A DNA stretch of 64,000 nt from Gnetum montanum (Eukaryota; Plantae; Gnetophyta). Position 1 is the stretch's first letter, and each line of letters begins with the position of its first letter. The stretch spans positions 73,911 through 137,910 of the forward strand of contig MNCI01000001.1 of NCBI GenBank assembly GCA_015680685.1, written 5' to 3'. Made by a program: the position numbers and the translations under genes. A model generated the notes under the pieces. The model saw only the letters and a program-made list of their open reading frames with translations. It did not search any database and was not told the DNA's origin. Below are positions 37,700-50,833 of the stretch, piece by piece.

Positions 37700-40420
37700 A
37701 GAAAACCAAAAGAGATAAGATGAACGTATTTAGAATGCCATTATAAAGAAATAGTTTTTATAAGATTATTCTAAGGACGTATTCTCTTTCCCTTCTTCAT
37801 ATCTACTACAAATATGCTCAAAGATTTATGTAGTAGCTTTTGGCAGTTATAATGGTTACAAAGTTATGATTAGATCAATTTTATGTTTTCTTAAAAAAGT
37901 TGTAACCTATTAGATAGTTGCCTAAATTATTGATAAGCTTTCTTGATTTTCTAAATCTAGATCCCTTCTATCGGTAACTACTAAGTGAACTTCAAATGAT
38001 TTAACAAAATTGTTACAACCTTATTCAATGTAGTTGGATCAGTATTGTCAAGTTTCTTAATAATATTTCTATTTCTATTTCACTAGTGTGTAATTTGAAA
38101 AATGAACCAGTTAGCTCATTGAATATAGTTCCTATAGTTAAGCAAGTTTGTTTTAGCTCCAACTTCTTTGGAGTAATCTCAATCATTATCCTTGCAACCA
38201 CTATCATCATGTTATCCAAAAAATCTCTTTTGTATTATGGCAATACCTTTGTTTTCTTTGTAGCTATTCTAACCAAATTTTAAACCCTTTGTTCCATTGA
38301 ACAAAAATAACTTGATTTTTTTCCTATTCAATTTTAGCTCAGTTCTCTTGCATCCATTCATTATTATAGATGATTTTATCAATTAGCTCTTGGAAACTAG
38401 GCTGCAAAAGGTAGGAATAATGTTGAGCTTTACCCTTTTTGACTTTTTCTAACTCAAAGCTCATAATAGCCAACTTCTCTTCTAACTTTATCATAGCTTA
38501 TTGTTTATTTTCTAGAAGCAATTCTTTAATAGAAAAAATAACTTTAAGTTGCTCATTTTCATCTTTTGATTTCTTTAACTCTTTTCTTATTTTAGAAATT
38601 TTATTCTCATTTTATAGTAAAAATTCTTTAAGCTTGGCTATTTTATTATTGGATACTTCTCTCATATCTTTAATATATCATAATAGAACATCACTAACTT
38701 TTGCCCTTTGGCTGAGGGATCATCTTTCTTATAAGGAAAGATACGAGTCACTTTAGTTTCTAGCTTGGTTTGGAGCTTCTGGCTAAGGATGATCCTTCCT
38801 TCCTTTTTTTTTCATGTTGAAGGATTAATTTTCTTCTTTTATTAAGTAGTTTAAGGAAATGTCTAAAATTGTTAGGGCTAATGATGAGCTCTCTACTTCC
38901 TTCTATTTTTGTTTTTGTAGCTTTTGTTGCTCTAGTAACTTTTGTTGTTGTTGTTGCTATTGCTATTGATTCTTTAGAAACTCTTGTTATTTTTCTTTAT
39001 TAGCCTTTATTCTTTTAATCTTTATTTTTCTAGCTACATTTACCCTTGCATATTTAGCTCCAATTGATAGGAATTCTTTATTAGTCATGACCTATTCTGG
39101 ATCTTATAGCTTCTATAAGAAATCATTTTTTCCATTAGAGTTAAATATTCATTAGGAAAATATCTAGTCAAAGGATGACCTCTATTTTTCATCCATTTGC
39201 AAACCTTGTTAACTAGTTGATCATAAGTAGAGGCTGGAAGCTTCATAGATAAGCTTCTTTTCAACTATTTTGGTGCTTCATCCTTGGCTTGATTAATCTC
39301 TTTATCTATAGCTTTTTGATAAGCAACATCTATTTCTTGAGATGATGAACTTTATGAGTCTTGGTAGTTGAATATATCTTCTTTGGAGCTACAAGAAAAT
39401 CACATTTCTCTTTATAAATCTTGGTTATGTCTTTAAGATGTCCTTCATTTTGAATTCCCAAAAGTGGAATTTTAAAGGAAAGACTTCATTATTCTTGTAA
39501 TCATGTCTTAATGGGCTCTTTGACATTTCTCTTCCCACTTCTAAAGTTGTAATATATGGAGCTACAAACCTTGGAAGCTTAAAAGCCTATCCCTCAAACT
39601 TGCTATTAACATATGAGTATAATGAACATGTAAAAAAATAGCTCCATAGCATTTGATTCTTATTTCATTAATAATTTGCTAATTTATATTTGGTAGGAAG
39701 GCTCCTAAAATGAAATCAAATAATTGAGGTCAAACATAGTTCATTAGAAATTCTAAGGCTTGGACATCAAAATATCTCTTCTAATATATTACTAGGGAGA
39801 AATCATAACATGGTTCCTCAAGTTAAGCTTTATCTTGTAATGCATAACTAGTGAAAATTAAGGTTATTCTTTTAGGCTTAGATATTTTTCTTAATGAAAA
39901 ATCCATTTAAAATAAGATTAAATTCAACTGAGCCCCTTTTTCTTCAATATCTACTAAGATAATTTGTAATACATCATTCATATACTATATATGGAAGAAA
40001 TTATTTTTATTTTCTAGGGCTACCTAAGCCTAAATATGATAAGTAGCAACCATATTAAATTCATCCTATACAAAAATTTAAAGCTAAAATAAAAATTGTG
40101 TATGGAAACCTAAACTCTATGACTTTAGAAATAGCATTATGATATTCTCAAGCTTTTATAAGATTTACTGATGATATTTTGAAGAATTTTTTCATTTTTG
40201 GGAAAGTCCAAAACTTGCCATTGAGCACCTGCTCATTGTATTAATAAGCTTCTACTTCTATTATGTCCGGCCCTATTAGACCATAAAAACAACACAAAGA
40301 AAATATATGTTGTAGTCCATGACCAAGAGCATTGTAATTTGGTGCAAAAATAATGACAAATAAAGTTGCCTTATTTTTCCTAACACTTGGAATTGTGATC
40401 CTCATCACTAGAATTTAAGG
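37700..40420 (-). pseudogene. Retroelement additional-ORF relic with coiled-coil and poly-Q region
   Basis: Minus strand YGAIFL...YTHM...FEG*AFKLPRFV...LEVGR, recalled as similar to gymnosperm retroelement-derived hypothetical proteins. CAA microsatellite at ~38940-38960. Confidence 0.45.
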
Positions 40421-42379
40421 TAGAAATTTTAAAGTAAAATATGAAATTGGTAGTTCATACGCTACAATTTCACACATATTAACTTAATGAGGCAAAAAAA
40501 AAAAATGCTTTATAAGTTGTGATTTCCTCTTTTTCTAGGTAAAAAATTTGTATTATGCATGTACCTAGGATTGGGAAGGCTGAAAATGCCTTGGGATCCA
40601 CAAAATTTTTGTTTTTCTAAGATTATAAGCTAGCCATAGCAATTTATATGCTAGAACCACTTGTAGCTAGCGTATAAATTTTTGGGCTTTAATTTTCATG
40701 CTGAAGACACTTGCAGCCAACGTATAAATTTGGGTATTGGAAAAATACATTGACACTAACACAAAATACCCTAGCCAACATATTTTGTACTAGAGCTAGT
40801 GTAAAAACCATCAAAACTTGCTAAGTTTGATAAATAAACTAGAGCTAGAGGACTTGCAAACACTTGCAATTTTTAGCAATCTATAAGCAAGTATGGTAGA
40901 AATTTGTAGCAACAAATCAGGCCCTTGTTAACCTATATAAACTAGAGAATATCATGTTAAAAGGAATTTTTGGGAAAATTTGCATTTAGCTTGAACCAAA
41001 TACTTTCAAAGTAGTGCAAATTCATCAAAAGTCAAGTAACCAATTCACCACCACAACACAGATCTAGTCCTAGAGTGACCATTAAAGAGTGTTAGGAGCA
41101 CAAGTTGGAATTTTTGTGAGTAAAGCTAACTACAAGACACACTCTACCAACTTCATTAGGCTTCAAGCATCCTCTATCTATCTCTTTATGCATTTAAAGC
41201 ACACCCACTTGTACTAATCTAAACTTTGTTTTTGTAACAGTTATTATTATTTTAATATAGATTTGCACTTCATTTTTGTAGTATAAGTATATTTTGTGTT
41301 CCTCTGGGATTATATTTGCATTTTTAATTAAATTTCTTTACATCATTTTATGTATTGTAAGTCCTTGGGATGATTGGTAAGACCATCTGGGCAGCTTTGG
41401 ATCCATTTTCTTGAGGCCCATGGAATCTAAAGTCAAACTATTTCGCTACAAATCTTTGGTTTTCTAGCACCATATTTTTCCAGTGTTATAGTTTCTAGTG
41501 CTAGAAGGAAGGCCTATACCCAAATTCTTCACTCAATCTTTCTTTTCCCTCTTACAAATTTGATTCTAATTAGTTTAAATCTTCAAATATTACCTTAGAA
41601 TTCTCTCAAAAACCAATGTTCAAATTGTAGTAGATTGGATGTCTTGTAATTTTTCCAACAACTACTAAACTTTCTAAGCCCTAGCATATTTCTTAGGAAA
41701 ACTTGCATTTTTCACTTATTGAAATCTACCTTTGGGTTTTTCCAAAGGCCAGTGTATTTTCCACATCATCACCCACTTGTAGTTTTTGAAATTTTTTTGT
41801 TGGGTTTTTTACATAAACCCAATGTATTTTGTCTTACACCTAGTGTATTTTTCATAGGAGAAATACTAGAGTATTTTTTGAAAAAAAGATACAAATGTAT
41901 TTTTTCAAGAATACCCCAACATATTTTCTACAAGGGAAAACCAACATACTTTTTGAAAACCCATGATATTTATTATTTTTAAAGCCTTGCATATTTCTTA
42001 TGTACAAAAAATTACTAGCATATTTTCTTAGTGAAGGTTGGGTGGGATGAACCCAATATAAAGACTAAAAGCCTGCTTGTAACATTTTCACACAAAAATT
42101 TTTCCTAGTAACGAGTTGTAGTGAAAGCCCTTGTTTTCTACATTTTGAAGTTCAAAAAATTCAAAATTGATTAATTAATCAATTTATACCAGTGTAGTGC
42201 ACAACACTGCCACTACCACCTGCACTACACCTATAGTTGTAGTTTTCACCACATTCTAGAGTTAAAACCATTTATACTCTAGGAAATTTCACATGTTGAA
42301 ATTGTTAACTCAAAACCCAGATAAATACTTAGCCAATGCCCTTTCATAGATCAACCATATTGCCACTAAACTTTACATA

Positions 42380-45300
42380 CATGGCCTCTAGCCAAGATGC
42401 AGCTCATGTCTATAACCCAAAAGACCCTGTGGTCATAGAGTGAGGACATTCACTTAGATAGAGAGGCAAAAGCCTAGGTTTTTCCATCATCAATGAGGAA
42501 TTCTATAATATCCTCTATTAAAATATACATGCTTTTTTACTAATACCTCATTTCAAATCTAATGCTATGCATTAGTTCAAAATCATGCACAGGGATGGCA
42601 AAGAATATATCCCATCATCTTATGACAAGATCCCTTTCACTTATTTTTAGGCTCAATTGCTCATACAACACATATATGTTGATAAGTTTAGTGAGGAAAT
42701 TAGCTTTGATGAATACAAGTTGGAGAAAGATGAGTTCAAGGCCAAACTAGAGCCCAACACCTTTATCAGGAGCCTTTTCCAACATTCACCTCCTTTGACC
42801 ATTACTCCTAGTTTTGCTTCTTCTACATCATCTATGGGGTAGGTCCCTAAACCATCTTCTCATGTTCATCCTACCATGTTTGGGTCTATGCTTATTATTT
42901 TCATGCACCAAGCACAACACATGTCTCAATCAAACTCCCTGTTCTCATCCATGTCCTTCGAAGCACAACCTTGTTAAACATGATTGATACCCATGGTGTT
43001 CACCAAGTTCCATCACTTCTCTATTTTGCTGGTCCCCTTAGTGGAACCCCATGTTACCTAAGCTTCTCATATCACATTCCCCCCTATTTTCCTCAAGTAC
43101 TAGCACAAAATTCATTTTCATTATTTAACCACCCTACAACCATGATTACCCAACCTCTTGCATCCTTGCCATTACCCATTGCATGACCACAAGCCTCCCA
43201 ACGTTTCTTGTAGCAATTTGTATAGGGCCTTCAAATCACATAAGTGCCCCAAGACTTTGATTAGGCCTTCATGATGATCCATTACCTCACTGAAGAGCTA
43301 CACAAGCTCAAGGTATCTACCCCTTAGATAGTCACAATAATGGACTTCTACTAGGATGATTCTATTAGTTTGACTATCCCCCAGATCTCGCTTTGTTCAA
43401 GAACTACTGTCCCATAGTTTACCAAGTACAATGCTAAGGGTGATCCCAATGCACACCTCACTACCTTCTATTTTGAGTGCTTGTTGTTATAGGCCTGGCC
43501 TAAAACCATCATGTAAATATTTCCCATGTCTCTCATTGGGAAAGCCTTAGACTTTTATTGTGCATTTCCTAGAGGATTAATTGCCTTATTAGAGAACTTA
43601 ATTTTAAAATTCATGAATCATTTAATGTATATCTTGAAACTAGACATCATTCTTGACCATTTAATGAAAATCAAACAAGGGCCTTTTGAACCTATCCAAA
43701 TATTTATCTAATGATGGAATGCTCTACTTAATGAGATTCCTAAGCCTATAGCTAAAATACATCTTCTGGTCATCTTTAAGAGGCTAGTGAACAACTTCAT
43801 CAAGTCTAAACTATATTATTTAGATGAATTCCTCCTTAGCCAATATTTCTCAGAAATCAAGAACATAAAGGATGCTATTGAAGCCAACCATGACCTTGTC
43901 TATGTAGCATACAAGAACTAGCACATAAAGAAGGATAAGGATAGGGGGAAGTAGAACATGTAGTCATGGCCAAGAAAAAAAAACTACCTAAGGATAAAAA
44001 ACAAGTCAACCTAAGGTCCCTCCCACAATCAACCAACCTTTAACATCATGGATCTTTGCCTCAAATCACACAAGCCCTAACTTTGAGAGAAAAGATCTAT
44101 CAATATACACCAAGTTATCTTTAAAATCATCTGAGCTCCTTGACCACTTGCTCAAGAGTGGTTGGATCTAACACAAGTAAATGATTGAGAATTATCACAA
44201 GAGGCATGATTGATTATGCAAAATTACTAAAGATCCCTCTCTAGTAATCAAGGATAACCCACTGGTACCAAACTATTTCAAACATGACTAATTTTTCCAC
44301 TATCATCAATTTTCGAGTCATGATACTAATTTGTAATCAGCCTTAAAGGATGACTTGCAAAAGATGATAGATAATGGAGAGTTAGTGCTAGATGCCTCCA
44401 ACCTAGTTAGGTCCCAAAGCTAATCCATGTAGGTATAGAGGGACTTGTTGAATGCAAAAAATAGGCCTTACATAATAGCAACATTCAATGTTAGCAATGG
44501 TACAAAACCTACCAAGGATCCATTTGTGAGTTGGGTACCTCCTCATGATCTTCAACTTCATCAGCTTCAAGGACTCTTTTTGTCATAAGTATAACATCAC
44601 TAGCACCTCCCAAAGAATTTTTCATCATCAAAGTGCCCCCTCGAACTACTACTAAGCATACAACCCAAACTGACCAACATCCTCTTATGGTGGCTAATAC
44701 AATAACTTCTTTGCAGTCCAATAACAAGAAATCACCTACCAAGTAATGCAAGAATTTTTCAAAAAAGCATAAGATAAAAGAAAATAGGAAAATGAAGACT
44801 TTGAAAAAATTTAGCACATTGAAGCCCACACCCATTTTAGCCATTTCCATGAGCTCCAATGTACAAAACACTTCAACTAGTCAGCTAAGGGAGGACCACA
44901 AGCAATAAGAGAAAGGGAAGGGGGCCAAACCACATATCTTAAAGCACGATGTTTGAATCTTGGGTAAGATGAAGGAAGTCAAGGTAAAAAAAATGAAAAA
45001 ACAATGACCAATGTCAATGACTTCTTCAACACCATGGAATAGGTGAAGCTATCATCAAGATAAAAAACACTTTGTTAAACCTGTTTGACTTGGTGATGAA
45101 CTTCTCTACTGACCATGAAGCCTTAGTGAGGTTGTTAACTTCAATTCCTATTACCAAAAAAATTCCTACTAATAAGGAATCTATTTACATAGTGATGGTG
45201 CCAACTTCACCTAGGGAAGAAATGAAGTTATTTGCACTAGTGTTTCATGATAGTAAAGTAAAGATCAACCTCTAGGATGGTAAGATAATGAGGGTACCTC

Positions 45301-45900
45301 TCTTAATAGCCATAAGGGTTGGACAATACAAAATACATAGGGTGCACGTTGATGATAGGGTAGTGGCCAATGTTATACCCTTCATCATTATTGAATAGTT
45401 AGGTCTTATAAAACACATGCAAAGTACTACTTTTGCTCTTAAATCCTTCAATGGAGCATGGGTAGTAGTAAAGAGTGTCATCTAATTAGACTTCATAGTT
45501 GATGAACAATTCCACGCATTTGCCAACTTCTTAGTGGTGGAAAAGATACCATGATTTAATCTCATCCTAGGAGGTCTTGGTTAGATCAATTATGAGTAGT
45601 TTCCTCTTCCATCCACTAAGAAATTCATTTTCCTTATGAGGGAGATGAAATATTCATTCATGAAAATAGTGTAGTTTCCTTGGTAGTTAATAATGTTGAC
45701 ATGGAGTGAGGATCTGAAGTGGAGTTTTAAAAAGAAACTCTTACTATTAAGAGTGAAGTTGAGAGACATGAAGGAGTAGACCAAGATGAAATTGATAATA
45801 ACTAAATCATGAATGAAACATGGGAAGAGCTCCAATTTAACATTGTTAGCAAGAAAAATGGGGAGTATAAGATTATGTAATGGAGGCTATATACTTTTCC
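42380..45900 (+). pseudogene. gag: gag-protease relic of the old Tat-like copy
   Basis: MSLIGKALDFYCAFPRG (43526), KYNAKGDPNAHLTTF, RVHVDDRVVANVIPF (~45340) and FNLILG (~45555). Confidence 0.88.
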
Positions 45901-46499
45901 TAATCTTTCAAAGATTAGAAAACAATTGCATGATTGGCTACCTCCTCTACTTGCTTATCCCTATGTTAATAACCATGTGGCCTTTTCTTTTTATTTTTAT
46001 TTCATAACTTGGTTTTAAACATTTGATTACATATGTCATTTTTTTTTACCTTGCTTTACCCTATTTTAGCCTTGTTATAACTAATTAGCCTTACATGTAC
46101 ATGTTTGCAATAAATTTTTCTTTTGATTTATGTCTTTCATTATTTTAGCAATTTTTTTCTTATAGCTTATACTTTAACCAACGTATCCTTCTTATAAGAC
46201 TAAAACATAAAATACATAAAAAAATAAAAATAAAAATGCTAAAAATAAAAATATAAAAATTAAAATATTATAACCAAAGTATCCAAGTCCAATAGCCATA
46301 GTGAAATAGTGTGACAACAATTAGGTTAACAATGATAAAAAATTAAAATAAATAACAGTCTAATAGCCATGTTTGTAGTGTGCAATGACAAATAAACAAT
46401 AATGAACTATCTCATAGTCTTTAATGGCTATGAATAACCAATCAAAAATAACATCAACATCACAACTAAAATAGCCAAAAACATGATAGTACTAGTGTG

Positions 46500-48814
46500 C
46501 ATATAGTAAAATTGGAGGAGGAAGAGGAGGAGGGACATCATCACTATCATGACCACTAGGGCCACTATCATAATCTAGTATAGCCAAAATATAATCATAA
46601 AATGACAAAAGAAACACAAAAAAAACTAAACTAAAAATATATTAAAATAAAAAATTTAAAAAATAAACCTATAGAGATTCTAGTGCAAGGTATTCTAGAG
46701 GAAAGTTTAGAAGATTAGCCTCCAACCTATGAAGAATCTGCTCTTCATTCATATTTTTCTAGTCTATCTCCCTAACGTTTACACTAGTTAGAATGTTCCT
46801 CCTCTCAACATTGGTCCACACTAGAGGCTCTTGGGAAAAAGAGATAGTAGTAGTATCTCTGGAAGTGGTGGTAATATGAATAATATATGAGTTAGACATC
46901 ATTAGAGAGCCTTCAAACACCTTGAATGCATCCTTTGCATTGATTTCCTGCATGAACATCTTGAGCTTTTAGCTCTTCATAGCCTCCTCTTGTAGCCACT
47001 TGTAGTAGCTCTTCTTTTAGCCTTGTACTTTTGCTTGTGGTCCTTTTTTTTTCTTGCCCCACTAAAGGATCCAAGCATAGTAGTCCCACTAGTCTCTAAT
47101 ATTACAAATCAACAAGTCCATCTAAATATCCTTTTTAGTGTTGTTCTTGGGTAGAGCAACCTTGTCATGGATGGCAATCCTGTAGCATGACCACTCAATT
47201 TTCTTAGTTCACAAGGAGTCTCTATTGGCTACATGATCCTCTATAAACTTCTTATGATCTATAAAGTCTCTGATCTCAACTATATACCAATTTTTTTCTT
47301 TCTACAAGTCCACCAACTTTTCCCATAGGAATTTATTGGAGCATTGGAATTCCCATGAAGTCCTAGCACATGAGAGGGCATGTTCAATGATCCCATTGTA
47401 CAACCTTCATGAAACATTTTCCACTTTAGGTAGTAGTTTAGGCAACTCATCAAGCACAATGTCACTCTTAGGATTCCATATAATCTTGGACACTATAATA
47501 ACCATGACAAAAATATACACATGAAAAATAGTAAGCAACAAAAATAACTAAAAACATTTTAGACTATTAAAAAAATGTAACCAAAAAACATAAAAATCCA
47601 TAAAACATATAAAAAATATATAAACAATAAAACAACTAAGATAAAGTATGCTATTTTCCTTACCAACATCAAGAGTTATCCGTTGCAACCAATTAATCGT
47701 ATCTTCAACCATGCCTCACATAAATTTAGTCTTGTTTGGAATCTTAGCCCAAGGTTTCAAACAAAACATGGAGTTGGATGCCTCTAGAAGATATTCAATC
47801 AGTAGAACAAGTGTGATCATCAAAATAATTAAAAAAAAATAAAATAAATTTAAAATAAATTTTGACAAAAAAAACCATAAAATGAAATACATAAACTAAA
47901 ATGCATAAGTACCTAGAGGACCAGGTGCAATGTTAACAAGAGGTTCATCATCAAATGTTTAATCCTCAAAGATGGCATCTAGGGAATTCAATGCTTGATT
48001 AGATACCCTTTCATCCTCCTCTTGCTATCATAGTGCTTCCTCTTCTTGGCATTTTTTCTCCACCTCTACTACTGCTTGGGCTACTAGTTCTTGGTGCTTC
48101 CCTCCAAGAATGACAAAGGCAAAGCATAGGAAAAGCTACAAAATTTTGTTTACAATAAAAATAAAAATAAATAAAAAATAAAATAATAACTCAAAAATAT
48201 AATATAAAAAATATGTAAATTAACATTAGAAACAAAAATAACAAAAATGTAATTAAAAAATACTTGAAATAGTGTGATGAGCCTTACCAAACCTAAGAGA
48301 TAACTTCTTTTTCACCAACTATTCAATAATAGTAACTATTTCTTCAACTAGTGGCCTTTTTAAATTTTCTTTGGCTACATTATTAGCCTCTACAAAAACC
48401 TCTTTGGCACTTTTGACACTTCCATTGGCAATATGGATTGCTAGGGAAAGAACAATATGCACCACTAAATTTCTTAGAGGTAACTAACAATTGTCCAATA
48501 TCCTTAACTCATTGGTCTTGAACTTGCATAGTTGGAATAATATGTTTCATCAAAGGCTTGGAAAATTGGGAGGGGAAATAACTCATCCATTTTTCATCAT
48601 TTTTATCCATTAGAAATCATGTAAACCTTTTTAGATATGCAACAAAAAGGCAAAGTGCATGTGGCATATTGTATCAAGGTTATTAGAAAATTTTTGAATC
48701 TCCTCTCATAGCCTAGAGACCAAGTACAAAACCTAGTTAAACTTAGCATCCTAGGTGAGGACCTTCTTTATGGTCCAAGCCTATTGAATACCAAGGATCT
48801 TCTTCAATGATGAC
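46500..48814 (-). pseudogene. Relic of the antisense multi-exon gene in the old Tat-like copy
   Basis: YLKRFT*FLMDKNDEKW...SQFSKPLMKHII, PWAKIPNKTKFM*GMVEDTINWLQR and IWNPKSDIVLDELP match the young copy. GT-AG introns at 48136-48287, 47784-47912, 47493-47663 and ~46575-46668. Confidence 0.8.
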
Positions 48815-49682
48815 TGATGAATCATGTTTTCCAGGCCTTGATATTGGGGACATGATATCAGGTACAAGATCTTGTAGCCTGGATATGATATCATATACAC
48901 GATATCATGATACGTGTGTTAGCCTATAAATATAGCACTCAAGCGCATAGGGAAGATTCATTAGATCATTAGATATTTTTTTAGTTATTAGGAGTTGAGA
49001 GTCTTTTTATTAGTTTTCAATTCTTTTTCCAAGTGCATGACTACAATGTGATGCTTGTAATTGTACAAAACTTTGTTTGAGTATGATGTACTTGGACACA
49101 CACACAATTGGCAATAAAGATCGAGATTACTCCATCATTGTAGCATTCAATTATTTTTAATTATTATTTTATTATTAATTATTTATTATTATTTTCATAG
49201 TTAATATTTATTTTATTATCATTTACTATTTTTGTTGCTAAATGTGGAATGAGTACGCCTTAATCACAAACATTTAAGTGTAACTACATGGTAACTTAGT
49301 AGCGTATCTAGTAGTGCTTCGAGTAATGTGCGCATGGTAATTCCAAAAGTAGTACACAAAGTCCAAGATGTGTACGGATGATTAAGGATGGATGCTCATC
49401 ACACTTAAGCTAGCTTAGATTTTATTTCCTATTGCTAGCTTAATAAAGTTATTTCTCATTGTCTTTAGGAGTAGCATAGTATTAGAAATCACATCATACA
49501 CCTCACTTTGGATTAAACCATACGTAACAAAGCAAATACTAGTTCAAGTGGGAAAATAGTGAACTATGATCAATGTATAACTATCTAGGTCCACAACTAG
49601 TCCATCTATAGAGTTCAACCAAATCACACGTACATGCTCGTATTTGTATGGTTGAGAATAGGGGTACCTCACTGCTCATCAG

Positions 49683-49700
49683 TGGCACCGTTGCCAGGGA
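49683..49700 (+). promoter_or_regulatory. tRNA-Asp primer binding site (Athila-type)
   Basis: TGGCACCGTTGCCAGGGA versus the Athila consensus TGGCGCCGTTGCCGGGGA (two transitions). Confidence 0.85.
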
Positions 49701-50290
49701 CAGTGCTAGTTATCTAGATTAGTTATATTATATAAGATCATTGTAACAAGGTATTAATGATATATCTTTTAGAAAAAAGAAATTAATATCAATTGAGTCA
49801 CACATAATTCATGATAATGTCTCTCTCACAGGACAATGATAATGCAACAACTAGCGAGGCAATTCATTGGAGAACCAACGAAATTTATGATGAAGAAGAA
49901 GTTTGGAGTACACAATCTTATGTAGGTATTTCATATGTTCATGGACATCCCAACAATACTCAAGGACTATTGTCATCCAACTTAGATACCTCTAGTGAAG
50001 ATGGAACATCCCATAGAACAAGGTGGCCCGTAAGACCTCAGACCTTCTCAATGGTTAGCAAGAGTACATTAGGGGATGATTGGGAGACTTACAAAAGTTA
50101 TGACGAGTCTTCCAGTTCTCTCTCTTCCTCTGCTCTTTCAATGTCAAGTTGTGACACCAATGACTATTCCTCAAGGGGTTAGCATAGAAATAAAAATCAA
50201 ACCCATGGCCAAAATCAGGAATGCCAACATGAACAAAGACAACATCGTCCCAACTCACAAACTCACGACCTACTTAGTAACGATGAACCC

Positions 50291-50833
50291 TTGCTAGCCA
50301 CTAAGAGCCTAATGCATATAATAGAGGCTATTCAAATATTCTGCATGCATCATAAGGAAATTTGTCTACCTAGGCTTGATTTAAACAACTTTCCCAAGTT
50401 CTTAGGAGGCTATGATTTAGATCCACAAGACCATTTACAAGCCTTCTATGATGCCTATGCATGGAACAACATTGATAATGGGTGGCAAAGACTTAAGCTC
50501 TTTCCTATGACACTTGTTGACCAAGAAAAAGTGTGGTACAAGTATTTAAAACCAAATTCAATTTGCCATTGGCGTACAATGGTAAACCTTTTCAACAAAA
50601 GATATCAAACTTGTGTAAGAGTGTCGGCCTTGAGGAGACAAATCCAAGAGTCGAAACAAGGACAACATGAACCCTTGGACATGGCCCTAGAAAGATGTTA
50701 CTCTTTGTTAAACAAATGCCTAGGCCATGGGTTCTTTGAGGAAAGGCTAATATATCACATCATGGATGGGCTTCGTAATGAAACAAGGGAGACCCTAGGG
50801 ATGTATGCCCTAGGTCAAGTATATGAATTATGA
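50291..50833 (+). pseudogene. gag: Retrotrans_gag domain fragment (Athila-like)
   Basis: FPKFLGG...DPQDHLQAF...RLKLFPMTLVDQEKVWY..L.PNSI..W..M...F..RY. Confidence 0.88.

Larger units (their letters stand above)
40560..48814 (+). mobile_element. Old, decayed Tat-like gag-protease element, related to the element at 53657-64000 and interrupted at 48815
   Basis: LTR end TTTTCCAGTGTTATA (41490) and PBS TAGTGCTAGAAGGAAGG. The gag/PR and antisense gene are homologous to the young copy. Left boundary uncertain. Confidence 0.8.
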
